Source: Polyangiales bacterium (GTDB lineage: Bacteria; Myxococcota_A; Polyangia; Polyangiales; Polyangiaceae). From it: 64,000 nt of DNA. Below, piece after piece: positions 1 through 10,200 of the stretch (the stretch's first letter is position 1; the number at the start of each line of letters is the position of its first letter). The notes under the pieces are model-generated. The model ran no database searches and was not told where the DNA came from. It saw nothing but the letters and a program-made list of their open reading frames with translations. The translations under genes and the position numbers were made by a program. The stretch is taken from contig JBBRLQ010000002.1 of assembly GCA_038231275.1 (NCBI GenBank), positions 256,001 through 320,000 of the forward strand, given 5' to 3'.

Positions 1-603
1 CAATCTCTCCCGGCGCACGGAGACGTCGACGTCGGAGAAGTGCGCGCGCCGGAGGCCCCACATCCACACGCACAGCGCCGGCACCTCGAAGAGCGCGACG
101 AACAGCGTCCACCTGACCGCAGTGGGCCACGATCCCGTGCGGCTCCAGCACAGCGCGAAGAAGCCGAGCGGCGCGACGATCGCGGGGTGAAATAGCCAGC
201 CCAGGCCCCGCGCCACGCGACGCGCGCCCGCCGGATCGGCCAGCGCCCAGCCCACCGCTCCGAGCGCGCCCGCGACGCTGTCGAGCGAGAGCTCGAAGAT
301 CTGCTCGGCGCCTGGCCGCGCGCCACGCACGAGGATCTGCACGCCTTGCCGCAACGCCACGACGCCGACGAAGAAGAGGAGCCCCAGCGCAGCCCGCGGG
401 CGCGTCGCTCCGCGCAAGATCCACGCGGACAGGGCCGTCGCGAGGAGCCCGAAGAGCAGCGCGTGCAGCGCGAGGTGCGCGAGCTCCGTGACGACGCCGT
501 GCTCGAGGACCGCCGAGAGCGCCGAGTAGCGCGCGCAGATCGCGCCGTGCGGCATCACGGTCGTGAGGCTGATCAGCGCAAGCATCCAGAGCCGAGCACG
601 CAT
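1..603 (-). CDS. Multi-pass membrane protein, 3' end runs off the window; N-terminal part weakly VanZ-like
   Basis: Not in the ORF track. Translated by hand from ATG at 603: MRARLWMLALISLTT...HLALHALLFGLLA...WGLRRAHFSDVDVSVRRERL. Several hydrophobic segments; the frame appears open to base 1. Confidence 0.7.
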   Translation of the reverse strand, partial: MRARLWMLALISLTTVMPHGAICARYSALSAVLEHGVVTELAHLALHALLFGLLATALSAWILRGATRPRAALGLLFFVGVVALRQGVQILVRGARPGAEQIFELSLDSVAGALGAVGWALADPAGARRVARGLGWLFHPAIVAPLGFFALCWSRTGSWPTAVRWTLFVALFEVPALCVWMWGLRRAHFSDVDVSVRRERL

Positions 604-664
604 TGTCTCACTCAGGATGCCCGGTGCCCCGTGCGGGCGCCAGCCCCTCGTGCGCCACGACTGC

Positions 665-1459
665 TCAAACCGACAGGGTCGTGACGACGCCGAAGTGATC
701 GCTCGGGAACGTGCCATCCACGGCCTCGTCGAAGCACACCCGCGAGGTCTGCGGCTCACCTCGGGTCCGATCATCGGGCCCGCGGACGAAGACGTAGTCG
801 ATCCGTCGATCCGGTTCGTGGACCATCGCTGCGAAGGGATTTCTCCGTGCGAAGGTGATGCCGGGCGATCCGTCGCCGGCGACGCCGAAGGTGTCTGCAA
901 AGTACACGCACGGCCCGCCGAGGCCGGTGAGCCCCCGCATGAAGCGGATCTCGTCCGAGTCAGGTTCCGCGTTGAAGTCCCCGACGACGACCGGGGGGAA
1001 CCCCTCGATCGGACATAGACGCATGACCGTATCGGCGACGAAGCGGACCTGCTTGCACCGGATGTGCCCATGATGAAGCTTCCAGTTCAAGTGGGTCACG
1101 AAGAACGGCAGCCTTCCGAACGGCGCCTCGATCTCCGCGAAGACGAGCGACCTTCGCTCGTCGGAACCGCCGTCCGGCAGCGGAAATGTCTCGGATCGCA
1201 GGATCGGCCAACGCGACAGGATGGCGTTGCCGACCGGGAACCCGTGTCCCTCCGAGGCGAGCCCCCACGCGACGTGGTAGCCGAGCCCCCGCGACACCAG
1301 GTCCGCTTGATCCAGGCAGTCGCCCTGGGTGGATCGCAGGACCTCCTGCAGGCCGATGACGTCGGGCCCGAGCTCGATGAGTCGCGCGCGAATCGCCGGG
1401 AGGCGCTCGTCCCACGGTCCGAATCGATTCCAAATGTTGAGGGTCGCGACCTTCAGCAT
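665..1459 (-). CDS. Endonuclease/exonuclease/phosphatase (EEP) family protein
   Basis: Motifs ATLNI, DVIGLQEV, GNAILSRWPI, THL, GDFNA, RIDYVF and SDHFGV are the EEP signature set. Confidence 0.93.
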   Translation of the reverse strand: MLKVATLNIWNRFGPWDERLPAIRARLIELGPDVIGLQEVLRSTQGDCLDQADLVSRGLGYHVAWGLASEGHGFPVGNAILSRWPILRSETFPLPDGGSDERRSLVFAEIEAPFGRLPFFVTHLNWKLHHGHIRCKQVRFVADTVMRLCPIEGFPPVVVGDFNAEPDSDEIRFMRGLTGLGGPCVYFADTFGVAGDGSPGITFARRNPFAAMVHEPDRRIDYVFVRGPDDRTRGEPQTSRVCFDEAVDGTFPSDHFGVVTTLSV

Positions 1460-1521
1460 CTTCCGACTCTACCCGAGCAAGCTCTTTTTGCTGAGGTACA
1501 GAACGGCGCTAGACTCCATGG

Positions 1522-2202
1522 ATGCGCGGAGCGGTGTCGGCCCTCGTCGTGTTGCCGCTTGCCGCGGCCCTTTGGTTCGGGTGCGCCACGAGCGGCGTCG
1601 CGGATTTCGTCGACGACGCCGGCGGCATCCCCGACGACGACGGCGGCGTCGCCCCGCAGGTGCTCGACGCGGGCAAGGACCACACGTCGAATTTCGACGC
1701 CGATCCCGGCGGCGGCTTCGACGCGGCCCCGGTCGACGCGACGCCCGATCCTGGCGACGGCGGCGGAGGGAGCTGCGTCGCGCCGAACACGTGCCTCGCC
1801 GCGGCGGACGTCGGAAAGATCAGCGGCGACACGTCCAAGTACCCGACGGTCACGGCGACCGACTTCACGTCGAAGTGGATGCTCATCAACGTGAGCGAGG
1901 ACGACAACAACCCCCTCGGCAAGAACCTCAACTTCCACGCGAGCCTGACGTCGCCGCCCGGCGCCAACTTCGATCTGTTCCTCTACGTCAACGCCGGCGG
2001 CAGCCCGACGGATCGCGCGTGCACCGCGGTCTCGGCGTCGTCGACCAACGCGACCGGCGACGACACGGCGTCGCTCAATTGGGGGGAAGGAACGCCCGCG
2101 AACGGAAGCGACGACTCCCGCATCGTGTCCGTCGAGGTTCGCTGGATTTCCGGCACGTGCGCGCCCGGCTCCAAGTGGACCCTCACGTTGACCGGCAACT
2201 AA
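1522..2202 (+). CDS. Lipoprotein with acidic/Gly linker and C-terminal beta-sandwich (PPC-like) domain
   Basis: Signal peptide ending LWFGC, D/G-rich tether, then NFDLFLY-type beta strands. Confidence 0.75.
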   Translation: MRGAVSALVVLPLAAALWFGCATSGVADFVDDAGGIPDDDGGVAPQVLDAGKDHTSNFDADPGGGFDAAPVDATPDPGDGGGGSCVAPNTCLAAADVGKISGDTSKYPTVTATDFTSKWMLINVSEDDNNPLGKNLNFHASLTSPPGANFDLFLYVNAGGSPTDRACTAVSASSTNATGDDTASLNWGEGTPANGSDDSRIVSVEVRWISGTCAPGSKWTLTLTGN

Positions 2203-2218
2203 GCTCGCCCCGCGCCGC

Positions 2219-3064
2219 TCACGGCGGCGGGACGTAGACCGGGGATTTGTCCCATTTGTAAGTGCCGGCGGCGCAGTTGGCGCGCAGCCACGTCACCGGC
2301 TCCATCGCCGAGCCGATCGCGAACGATTGACCCTCATTCGCCTCGCAGAGCGGCTTGAGCGCTTCCTTGATTTTGGCGTCTCCCGCGTCGCGCGCGATCG
2401 GCGCACGCCATCCCGAGAGGGTGATCACCAGGTAGGTGCCGCGCCCGAAACCCTGGATGCGGATCGGAGAGAGACGCTGCAGCTCGAACACCTTCGTCAT
2501 CGGCGACTTCCACTCGAGGATGCTGTTGATCGAGTAGACGGGAGCGGCCTTTTCGTTCGGTTTGCTCTCGTCCGGCCACGCGGCGAGGGGCGCGCGCGCC
2601 TTGGGGTCGTCGACCGTCAGGCGGTCCCCAGCGACGTCGACCAGAAACACGTCCCGCACCGCAGTCCCCGTCTTGCACTTCGCCGCCGGGCTCTCGCGGA
2701 CCTCGACCTTCGACTTTTTCGTGGCGGCATCCCGCACGCTCTTGCCGACTTGAACGCACTCGAGGAGGTCGGCATACCGCTTCGTCGCCGTCACGTACCG
2801 CCGGACGTAGTCTCGCGCCGGATCGATCGGATCGAGATCCCACCCGATCGGCTCCACGTAAATCCCACCGTCGGGCAACGTCGAGCCTCCCCCGTCCCGT
2901 TCGACTGCCCGCGCCGACCCGGAGGGCGCCGCGGGCGCCGACGCAGAGGGTGACACGTCCGGCGCGGCGTCACTCACCGGCGGCGCAGCCTTGGTGGGCT
3001 CGGGCGGAGTATTCGGGCAGCCCGCGACCGCGAGCAGCCCCGCCAGGGCGAAGGTCCACTTCAT
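2219..3064 (-). CDS. Hypothetical lipoprotein
   Basis: Start re-picked at MKWTFALAGLLAVAGC (lipobox VAGC), preceded by GGAGGAG; Pro/Ala linker follows. Confidence 0.75.
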   Translation of the reverse strand: MKWTFALAGLLAVAGCPNTPPEPTKAAPPVSDAAPDVSPSASAPAAPSGSARAVERDGGGSTLPDGGIYVEPIGWDLDPIDPARDYVRRYVTATKRYADLLECVQVGKSVRDAATKKSKVEVRESPAAKCKTGTAVRDVFLVDVAGDRLTVDDPKARAPLAAWPDESKPNEKAAPVYSINSILEWKSPMTKVFELQRLSPIRIQGFGRGTYLVITLSGWRAPIARDAGDAKIKEALKPLCEANEGQSFAIGSAMEPVTWLRANCAAGTYKWDKSPVYVPPP

Positions 3065-3101
3065 CGATGCGTCTCCTCCACTCGCCACGCGCTCGGGCTT
3101 C

Positions 3102-3629
3102 TCACATCGGGCGATCGGGTTGGCTTCCGTCACCGAACACGCTGCCGTCGCTCGTGCCTCCCTCGGCTCCGCCATCGGCTTCGACGACCGCGCACACGTG
3201 GATCACGGGAGAATCCGCGGTGGAGCCGACGCGGAGGTCCACGCACGTCTCTACTCCGGGGCATCCGCGGTTCGGCTGCGAGTCATTGCAATAGAGGAGG
3301 CAACCGCCAAACCCAGATTGGATCTCGACGCACGCCTGGTGATCGCTGCACGTCGGCTGGCCGACCTTGTTGTTGCACGAGTCATGGGGATTCTTGCCGC
3401 TCGCGCTCGGAAGGCACGCGAGGTGCGGGGTGCAGTTGGCGGCGCCGCACGCGCCGCTGGCGCAGGTGCAGTCTTTCGGCCAGCACGTCGTTCCTGCCCC
3501 GCACGCGTTCGGATCACTCTCGCAGCCGGCGCCGCTGGAGCTCGAGGATGTGGAGCACGCCTGCGTCAACGCGCCCCCTGCGACGAGGACGCCGACCAGC
3601 ACCTTCCATGGAAGCCTTCGAACGAGCAT
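3102..3629 (-). CDS. Small Cys-rich lipoprotein
   Basis: MLVRRLPWKVLVGVLVAGGALTQAC lipobox, GGAG upstream, dense Cys pattern, acidic tail. Confidence 0.75.
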   Translation of the reverse strand: MLVRRLPWKVLVGVLVAGGALTQACSTSSSSSGAGCESDPNACGAGTTCWPKDCTCASGACGAANCTPHLACLPSASGKNPHDSCNNKVGQPTCSDHQACVEIQSGFGGCLLYCNDSQPNRGCPGVETCVDLRVGSTADSPVIHVCAVVEADGGAEGGTSDGSVFGDGSQPDRPM

Positions 3630-3708
3630 GGGCAACTCCACTACCTTAAAAGAGAAACGGGGGCAGCGACCATGCGCTGCCCCCGAGTCTACCTGATGCC
3701 GGGTCGGG

Positions 3709-6700
3709 TCAGTTGTACTGGAGGTACGAGTCCAGGAAGTACTTCACCTGGAGCTGCACATAGAACGGACCGACGCCACCTTGCTCGCCGTGGACGACCT
3801 GATCATTGTACGAACGGATGATCTGGTAGCTGGCCGTGTTGCGGTCGCGGTCGACGGCAACCCAGTAGTTACGATCCTGGATGTACGTCCATGACCAGCG
3901 GCGATTCTCGGGACCGACGAACTCGTTGAAGTCGTCCGAGTGGCCGGTGTCCCCCGGGCCCGCGCGACGATTACGCGGGTCGTACTTGCAGTCGTCGAGC
4001 GTCTGCGGATCCGGGCAGTAGGTGTTGTTCTTCACCGCGAGACCACGGAAGTAGTCAAGGAAGTCACGCTCGCGAGCGAAGACGTGACCACCAATCCAGT
4101 CGCGGGTGTCGACACGGCCCGGGAAGTTCAGGTCGTGCGTCGCCTTGGCGAACATGGTGACGGCCGTGAGGCGGAGGAAGGGATACGTGTCGTACTGACC
4201 ACCGACCATCGAGTCGATCGCGTCTTCCGCGACGCCCTCGAAGGAGAAGTCACCTTCGTAGCTGGAGTACGACGCGAGGTACGTTCCGGCCGACTGATCC
4301 GGGTCGTAGTTGTCGACGGGCCAGAGGTCGACCCAGGACTGCAGCGCGAACAGCTTGTCCGAGAAGATACCCTGCTGGGTAACGTCTCCGAAGAAGTTGT
4401 CGTAGACCGTCTTGAACGGACGCTCGCCGGACGACTGCTGGATGATCGCCTTGTGGAAGGCGCCCGCCATCTGGTTGGCCATCGAGATGTCGCGGTTGAA
4501 CTTGTCGGTCAGCTGCGAGAAGTAGTTCTGAGCCGGGACGCCCTTCGGCGCCTCGACACCAACGCGGCGCAGGGTGTCCTGAAGCTCACCCCCGCTCCAG
4601 TCGTAGAGCCACTGCGAGATGAACCGGCGCATGTCGGTGATGACTCTCGCTGGGCTCTGTCGGCCATCAGTCGCGTAGTTCGAATAGTCCTTGAACTTGC
4701 GATAGAGGCGGAAGTTGCGCCACTTGTACTGCCACTCGTAGTTGTCGATGGCCGACGCCATGATCTCGCTCGGTGTAGTCCCGAAGTCGAACTCGCGGCA
4801 GAACGGCGTGTACTTCGTGTGCACGTCATTACAGTAAAGGTATGTGCGCTCAGCCTTACCATCGGCGCTGCTGCCGTACGGATCGGAGTAGCGCTTGAAG
4901 GACGCCTCGCCGGTCTTCGCCTGACCGGAGAACGTGCAAACGTTCGCGGGGGCGCAGGCCGCAGGAGCAGTGAACCCCGGCGCTTGGGCGTTCGCGTAGA
5001 TAAACGCGATCGCCGCCTTGTCGTACGGGTACCAGCCGAACTTCGCCGAGTCGTTCTTCCAGAACACGCGATCTGGCGTCGCGTTGTAGTCCATGAGCGA
5101 GGAGGAGTACCCTCCGAGATGGTCCCGACCAGACCCATCCTTGTAGTGCGGGAAGTTCGGACGATCCACTGAGCCCATCCAGTTGTGGTCAAGGCCGAGC
5201 GTGTGCCCGAACTCGTGCCATGTCGTCTGGGCGTAGTAGCTGTCCGCCATGCTGTTCTCGTACTGCTCTTTGGTCTCCCACGCGCCGTTAATGCAGTGGC
5301 GACCGTCGCGCTGGAACACGTCGATGTAGTTGAACATGTCCGTGCTGTCCTCAAACACGTGACGGCCGCGCCGGTTGTACATCTTCGCGAAGTCGAACTC
5401 GCGGTGGTTGATCGTGAGTGACTTCAGCTGGTCCGCGAAGGCAGCAGCAGCGCGGACACCGTCGGGGCCCGGGGTGATGTCGAATGGCGCCTGGCCGCGG
5501 TCGATCTGACCCATGAGCTTGGAGAAATCCGCCTCCGTGCGCGCACGAGCCATCAGGTTTGCGGCAGATCCGCCGTAGGCGGTGTCTGCGCCCTCTGGAG
5601 TTACGAATTGGTTCGCCGCCGGGTCCCCGTAGATCTGGTACGGGAGGATTGCGTAGAGACCGTTGAAAAAGTCCTGGTCCTGTTTGACTACAAAGTCGGA
5701 GGGCGAGAGATTGCCCCACTTCGCGACCGACTTCTGCAGGTACTCCTGCATCTTTGCGTAGAGGGTCGAGTGCGAATTGCGCGATGCAAGAGTCGCAGCA
5801 GTCGTGTCCGTCGACACGGCGACGAACGGCAGTACGTCGCCGTCCTTGCAACCCGCTGGGCCATCTGGCCAGGTGCCATCCGGATTCGTCGGCATTGCGC
5901 CGACGCTCTGCAGGTAGAACTCAAGGCGGGCCTGGACGGCGTCCTTGAAGTTGAAATTGTAGAAACGGATGTTGCCGGAGATGTTCTCACCGGTGCGGGG
6001 GTCGTTCCCGCCGAGCGATGTGTCCGCGAGGACGCCGGTCGTGCCGCCGCTATCGATGTCCGATATCCACCGCAGCCAGTTGTATCGAATGTCGCCGAAC
6101 TGACGCGCCGGCTGTTGGCCGTTCGCTGTCGTCGGCAGGTCCGTTTTGTCGTCGAAATTGCGGACGATCAAGTGGGTCTTCGCACCGGCGTCGGCGAAGA
6201 CCTGGTTGGTCTGGTCGATGATACCGCCCGGATCGGTGAAGTACTTCTTACGCTCCTCCGGGTAGCCGGGGGCGAAATAGTAGGTGATGTCCTTGTTCGG
6301 GTTGTGGCGGATCACGAGCTGGCGGGCCGCGAGGAGCCCTGTGTCGTTATCCCGCGAGATCAGCGTGTTATCAATCGTTCCGTACTTGCGACGGATGGTG
6401 TCCTTCTCGGGGAGCTCGAAGGGAACGTACCCATCGGCGCTCGTTCCATCGGGGTTGAGCGGCTTCGTACGCGTCATCGAGTATTTGACCGTGAAGTTCA
6501 CGGTGTCGCGGCCCATCCGCTGGAACGTCATCCCCGGCTCGCCGTACTGCTGCGTGCAGGCGGTGTCCGTGAAGTTGAGCGGGAATGACATGCTGATGTC
6601 CCAGCTCATGTAATCGTTCTTCTCGTCGACGAAGAGCGAGTCCGGCACCAGCGTGACCGAGGAGTTACCTTGGTCAGTGCACGCCGAGAGGATCGACTGC

Positions 6701-7248
6701 GCGCCGATCAGCGCCATGTCGCTCATGTCGTTCTTCGCGAAGTTGAGCTTGACCCACTGGCGGACTTTCCAGTCAAGCTCCTGATTCTCTGTGAACTCGT
6801 TCGTCTTCTCGCCGTCCAGGTTGATCCTGTACTTGAGATCGACGTTCGTGATCGGCCAGACGTTGACGACCTCTGGGTCTCGCGTCTGCTGATCCGGATT
6901 GGTAAGGCCGCCGATTTCGCGCGTGTTGAGCGCGCGAAGCTTGTCGGACGTGACGTCGAAACGGACCAGCTTTACATCGCTCACCGTTCCGGTCGAGATG
7001 CCGAATCCGGCGAGCGGGTTGGGGGTCGAGGCGCTGAGGATCGTGGCCTTCATCATCCAGCCAGGGTCGGCGGCAGGCTTGCCATCGCTCCCGAGCGCAC
7101 CAGAGCGAACGAGGAAGTCCTTACGGACATACTGGTTCTCGTTGAAGACGCTGTTTCGAGACGGACGGTCCGCGACACAGCCCCAGGCGGCGCTGAGCGT
7201 CGCCAGGGTCGCAGTCGCGAGGAATGCGCGATTAAACTTGGCACTCAT
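3709..7248 (-). CDS. Large lipoprotein zinc metalloprotease (metzincin; EcxA/DUF4953-like catalytic region)
   Basis: Lipobox AWGC; zinc motif HEFGHTLGLDH (HExxHxxGxxH); downstream Met-turn SSSLMDY; 1179 aa. Confidence 0.88.
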   Translation of the reverse strand: MSAKFNRAFLATATLATLSAAWGCVADRPSRNSVFNENQYVRKDFLVRSGALGSDGKPAADPGWMMKATILSASTPNPLAGFGISTGTVSDVKLVRFDVTSDKLRALNTREIGGLTNPDQQTRDPEVVNVWPITNVDLKYRINLDGEKTNEFTENQELDWKVRQWVKLNFAKNDMSDMALIGAQSILSACTDQGNSSVTLVPDSLFVDEKNDYMSWDISMSFPLNFTDTACTQQYGEPGMTFQRMGRDTVNFTVKYSMTRTKPLNPDGTSADGYVPFELPEKDTIRRKYGTIDNTLISRDNDTGLLAARQLVIRHNPNKDITYYFAPGYPEERKKYFTDPGGIIDQTNQVFADAGAKTHLIVRNFDDKTDLPTTANGQQPARQFGDIRYNWLRWISDIDSGGTTGVLADTSLGGNDPRTGENISGNIRFYNFNFKDAVQARLEFYLQSVGAMPTNPDGTWPDGPAGCKDGDVLPFVAVSTDTTAATLASRNSHSTLYAKMQEYLQKSVAKWGNLSPSDFVVKQDQDFFNGLYAILPYQIYGDPAANQFVTPEGADTAYGGSAANLMARARTEADFSKLMGQIDRGQAPFDITPGPDGVRAAAAFADQLKSLTINHREFDFAKMYNRRGRHVFEDSTDMFNYIDVFQRDGRHCINGAWETKEQYENSMADSYYAQTTWHEFGHTLGLDHNWMGSVDRPNFPHYKDGSGRDHLGGYSSSLMDYNATPDRVFWKNDSAKFGWYPYDKAAIAFIYANAQAPGFTAPAACAPANVCTFSGQAKTGEASFKRYSDPYGSSADGKAERTYLYCNDVHTKYTPFCREFDFGTTPSEIMASAIDNYEWQYKWRNFRLYRKFKDYSNYATDGRQSPARVITDMRRFISQWLYDWSGGELQDTLRRVGVEAPKGVPAQNYFSQLTDKFNRDISMANQMAGAFHKAIIQQSSGERPFKTVYDNFFGDVTQQGIFSDKLFALQSWVDLWPVDNYDPDQSAGTYLASYSSYEGDFSFEGVAEDAIDSMVGGQYDTYPFLRLTAVTMFAKATHDLNFPGRVDTRDWIGGHVFARERDFLDYFRGLAVKNNTYCPDPQTLDDCKYDPRNRRAGPGDTGHSDDFNEFVGPENRRWSWTYIQDRNYWVAVDRDRNTASYQIIRSYNDQVVHGEQGGVGPFYVQLQVKYFLDSYLQYN

Positions 7249-7279
7249 GACTATGTGTTCTCCGGTTCTCGATAAAGCG

Positions 7280-10200
7280 TCACTGAGAAAGAAGGGCCGG
7301 GTCCCAAAGAACGGCGTCGTCGATACGACCTGCGCCGAAGCTCTTCGAGATGTCGACCGACACGCCGTAGGCGCGCGAGTAGATCTTGTCGATGTAGTTG
7401 TTGAACGGCGAGTAGCGGACGACGATGTCGCACGCCTGCGTCGACCCCGGGTGCGCGGTCAGCCAGTCGAGGATCGACTGGGCCGAGTCGTACATGCGGG
7501 AGCGGAGGATGTGGTTGGTCGCCGGATCCTTGCAGATGAAGATGTCGCCGAGGAAGTCCGACGTGTCGATCCCCTGAACGGTGATCGCATTGGTCGGGAT
7601 GAACTGCGGGCGGCTCGTTCCGTCGCAGCAGTAGTTGATCAGGCGATCCTTACGCTGGCAGACGAACTTGGTGGCGCTCGCCGCATCGAGGTTGTCGAGG
7701 CAGGCAAGCGATCCGCAGGTCTTCGTGTCGTCGAGACCCGTGCAGGTCTTGCCGATGTTCGTGTCGACGTGACAACCCGGGTCCGCTGTGGCCACCGGAA
7801 GGCCGTCGCCGGGGGTCTTCTCGACGAAGATGTTGGGCGAGTAGAGCGCTTCGACCTTCTTCGGGTTGTTGTCGCAGAGGAACTGCTGCTGCGTCTTGCC
7901 GCACGCCACCGCCAGGTCCAACTTCTCGGCCTTGCAGGTCGTGTAGTTGTACTTGACGTTGAAGTTCGACGTGTTGCCGACGTAGCTCAGGTTGCCGGTG
8001 GGCACGAGCTTGTCGCGGGTACCGGAGACCGGGATTTCGATGCCGACGCCAGGCTGCGACACGAGGTGCGGAACGAGCGCCTCGACGGTCTGGATGATGG
8101 CCGACGTCTGGTCGTACGGGTCGGTGAACTGCGGCATGCTGACCTTGGCGGCCTGCACGTTGGTCAGGTAGCCCGTGATCCGGATGGGGCTCTTACCGTT
8201 GTGCCAGATCGAGGCTCCCCACGCGCCCGGATAGTCTCCGAGAAGCGGGAGGCCGTCGGAGTCGAGGCCGGCGGTGCCGTGGTAGTCACCGGCGCCATCC
8301 CAGGGACCGAGCGTCGACGCGCCGCAGGGGCCGCCGGTCGTCGCGCAGGTCACGTTCTCCCAGAGGCTGGGCAGGATGTTGGTGCCGAAGAGGTTCGTGA
8401 AGCGGACGTTGTCGATGACGCCGAGCGCCTTCGTGCTGTTGCCGAGCATCGACTGGTACATCGCCCGCTCCGCGCGGCTCATCTTGCGATCCCAGTTGGT
8501 GGTGCGCTGGTTGGCGACCTTGATGTCCGAGCCGTACTCGAAGTTGGTCGGCTCGTGCGTCGCGTCGACGAACGCGCGCTCGATGTACTCGATCTTGTCG
8601 AACTGGAGGGAGTCCGAGATGTCCCAGAACACGTTCTCGAAGTCGAGCTTGACCGCGGCGACGTCGGCCGGGGTGACCAAGTGCTGCTTCGTACCGAACG
8701 CCTTGAGGTACTTCACGAGGGCCAGCGAGTACTGCTGGAAGAAGAACCGGCGATCACGCGCGGCCGGCGGGAGGTTGAAGACGTCGCTCCTGCCGAAGAC
8801 GTCGATGACGCGCTGGTAGGTGCCGTCCCAGAGCGGGAGGCCCGGGTTCGCATTGGCAGAATCGCCATTGCAGCCCGCCGCGGCGAAGTCCGACCCGTTG
8901 AGGTTGCTGGCGAGCACGCCTTCGGGATCGTCACAGATGATCGTGATGGGATCGCTGGGCTTCAGGTAGCCACCGCGCGGGACGAGGTACCCGTAGAGAC
9001 GCGGGCTGCCGCTCTGCGCGGCGCTGATCGCGTCGAGGTCACCCGGGTCGAACTTGCCGGTGCCCGGCACGAGGCCGAGGAGCGGGCCAGGAAGGAGCAT
9101 TCCTTCGAGGCCGGTGCATCCCGCCGCGCGGACCGGGTTGGTCGCGGTGATGAAGCACTTGGGATCGCCCAGGTTGTGCTGCAGGGCCACCGGGGTGTTC
9201 GCGACGCGGTAGAGCTCCGCCTGCGAGAGACGCGCGTACTCGCGAAACACGAGGCCGGTGCCGTGAACGTCGAGGTTCTTGGTCGAGACGACGCCGCCCT
9301 TGTACTCGTTCGAGTTCAATCCGCGGGCGCGGACGTCGAAGATCCACTCCGTCGTGATGTCCGTCGGCGCGGGGAGGTCGGTGTCCTTGACGTAGTCGTA
9401 GGTCGACTTCTGAACCGTGATGTTCTGGTTGACGCCGACGACGTTGAAGAAGATGTCGTCGAGTGTGTGGGTGTGACCGCCGACCAGCTTGTTGAAGTTC
9501 TGCTTGTCGAGGGTTTGGTCACCGGTGATGTTGACGCAGTTGTCGAGCATCGCCTGCCAGGTCTGGCCGAGCTTGATCTCGCAGTTCTTCGCGCCGCCGG
9601 CGCCGAGGCCCTGCTGGGCGATCGGACCTTCCGCGTCGATCTTCACCGTCATCGGCGCGTTCGAGTACGGGAGGATCTTGACGAAGAAATTGTAGAAGAG
9701 GAACGGCGTGGTGAGCGTGGGCTGCGGCGTGTGCGCGTGGAACTCGAAGTAGACGGCCGCCGGGCGGAAGCCAAAGATGGCGGTGCCGCCGCCGTCGTCG
9801 GGGAGCTCGAGGCAACCACCGTTGCCGCCGCAGCTGTCGGACGACGACTGGTCGGGCATATACGACGCGATGACCGCGTCATAGAGCTCGGTGATCTTCG
9901 CGTCCCAGTCGGGGGCGGCCGGATCGAACAGCCACGGGGCGTTGTTCTTCAGCGGAAGACCGCCGACACCGACCTCGTACTGATCGTTCGCGTGCGGGCA
10001 GGTGTCGTCCTGCTTGACCATCGGGTTGCCCTTGGCATCGACCGCGGTGTAGTTGTAGCAAGTCTGGCCGCTGTTGAGCTTGCGGCCTTTGACCTTGATT
10101 TTGCCTGAGTAGCCCAGGTTCAGGACCATCTGGGTCACGACGTGCGTGCCGATGTCGTAGAAGAACTGGATCTCGGAGTTGTCGCCCCAGTGGACGCCGC

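Noticed and set aside
6899-10108. 1069-aa plus-strand ORF antisense to the large lipoprotein gene
   Set aside because: R/V/A/D-rich with no motifs; expected antisense shadow of a gene with G/C-ending codons in a high-GC genome.
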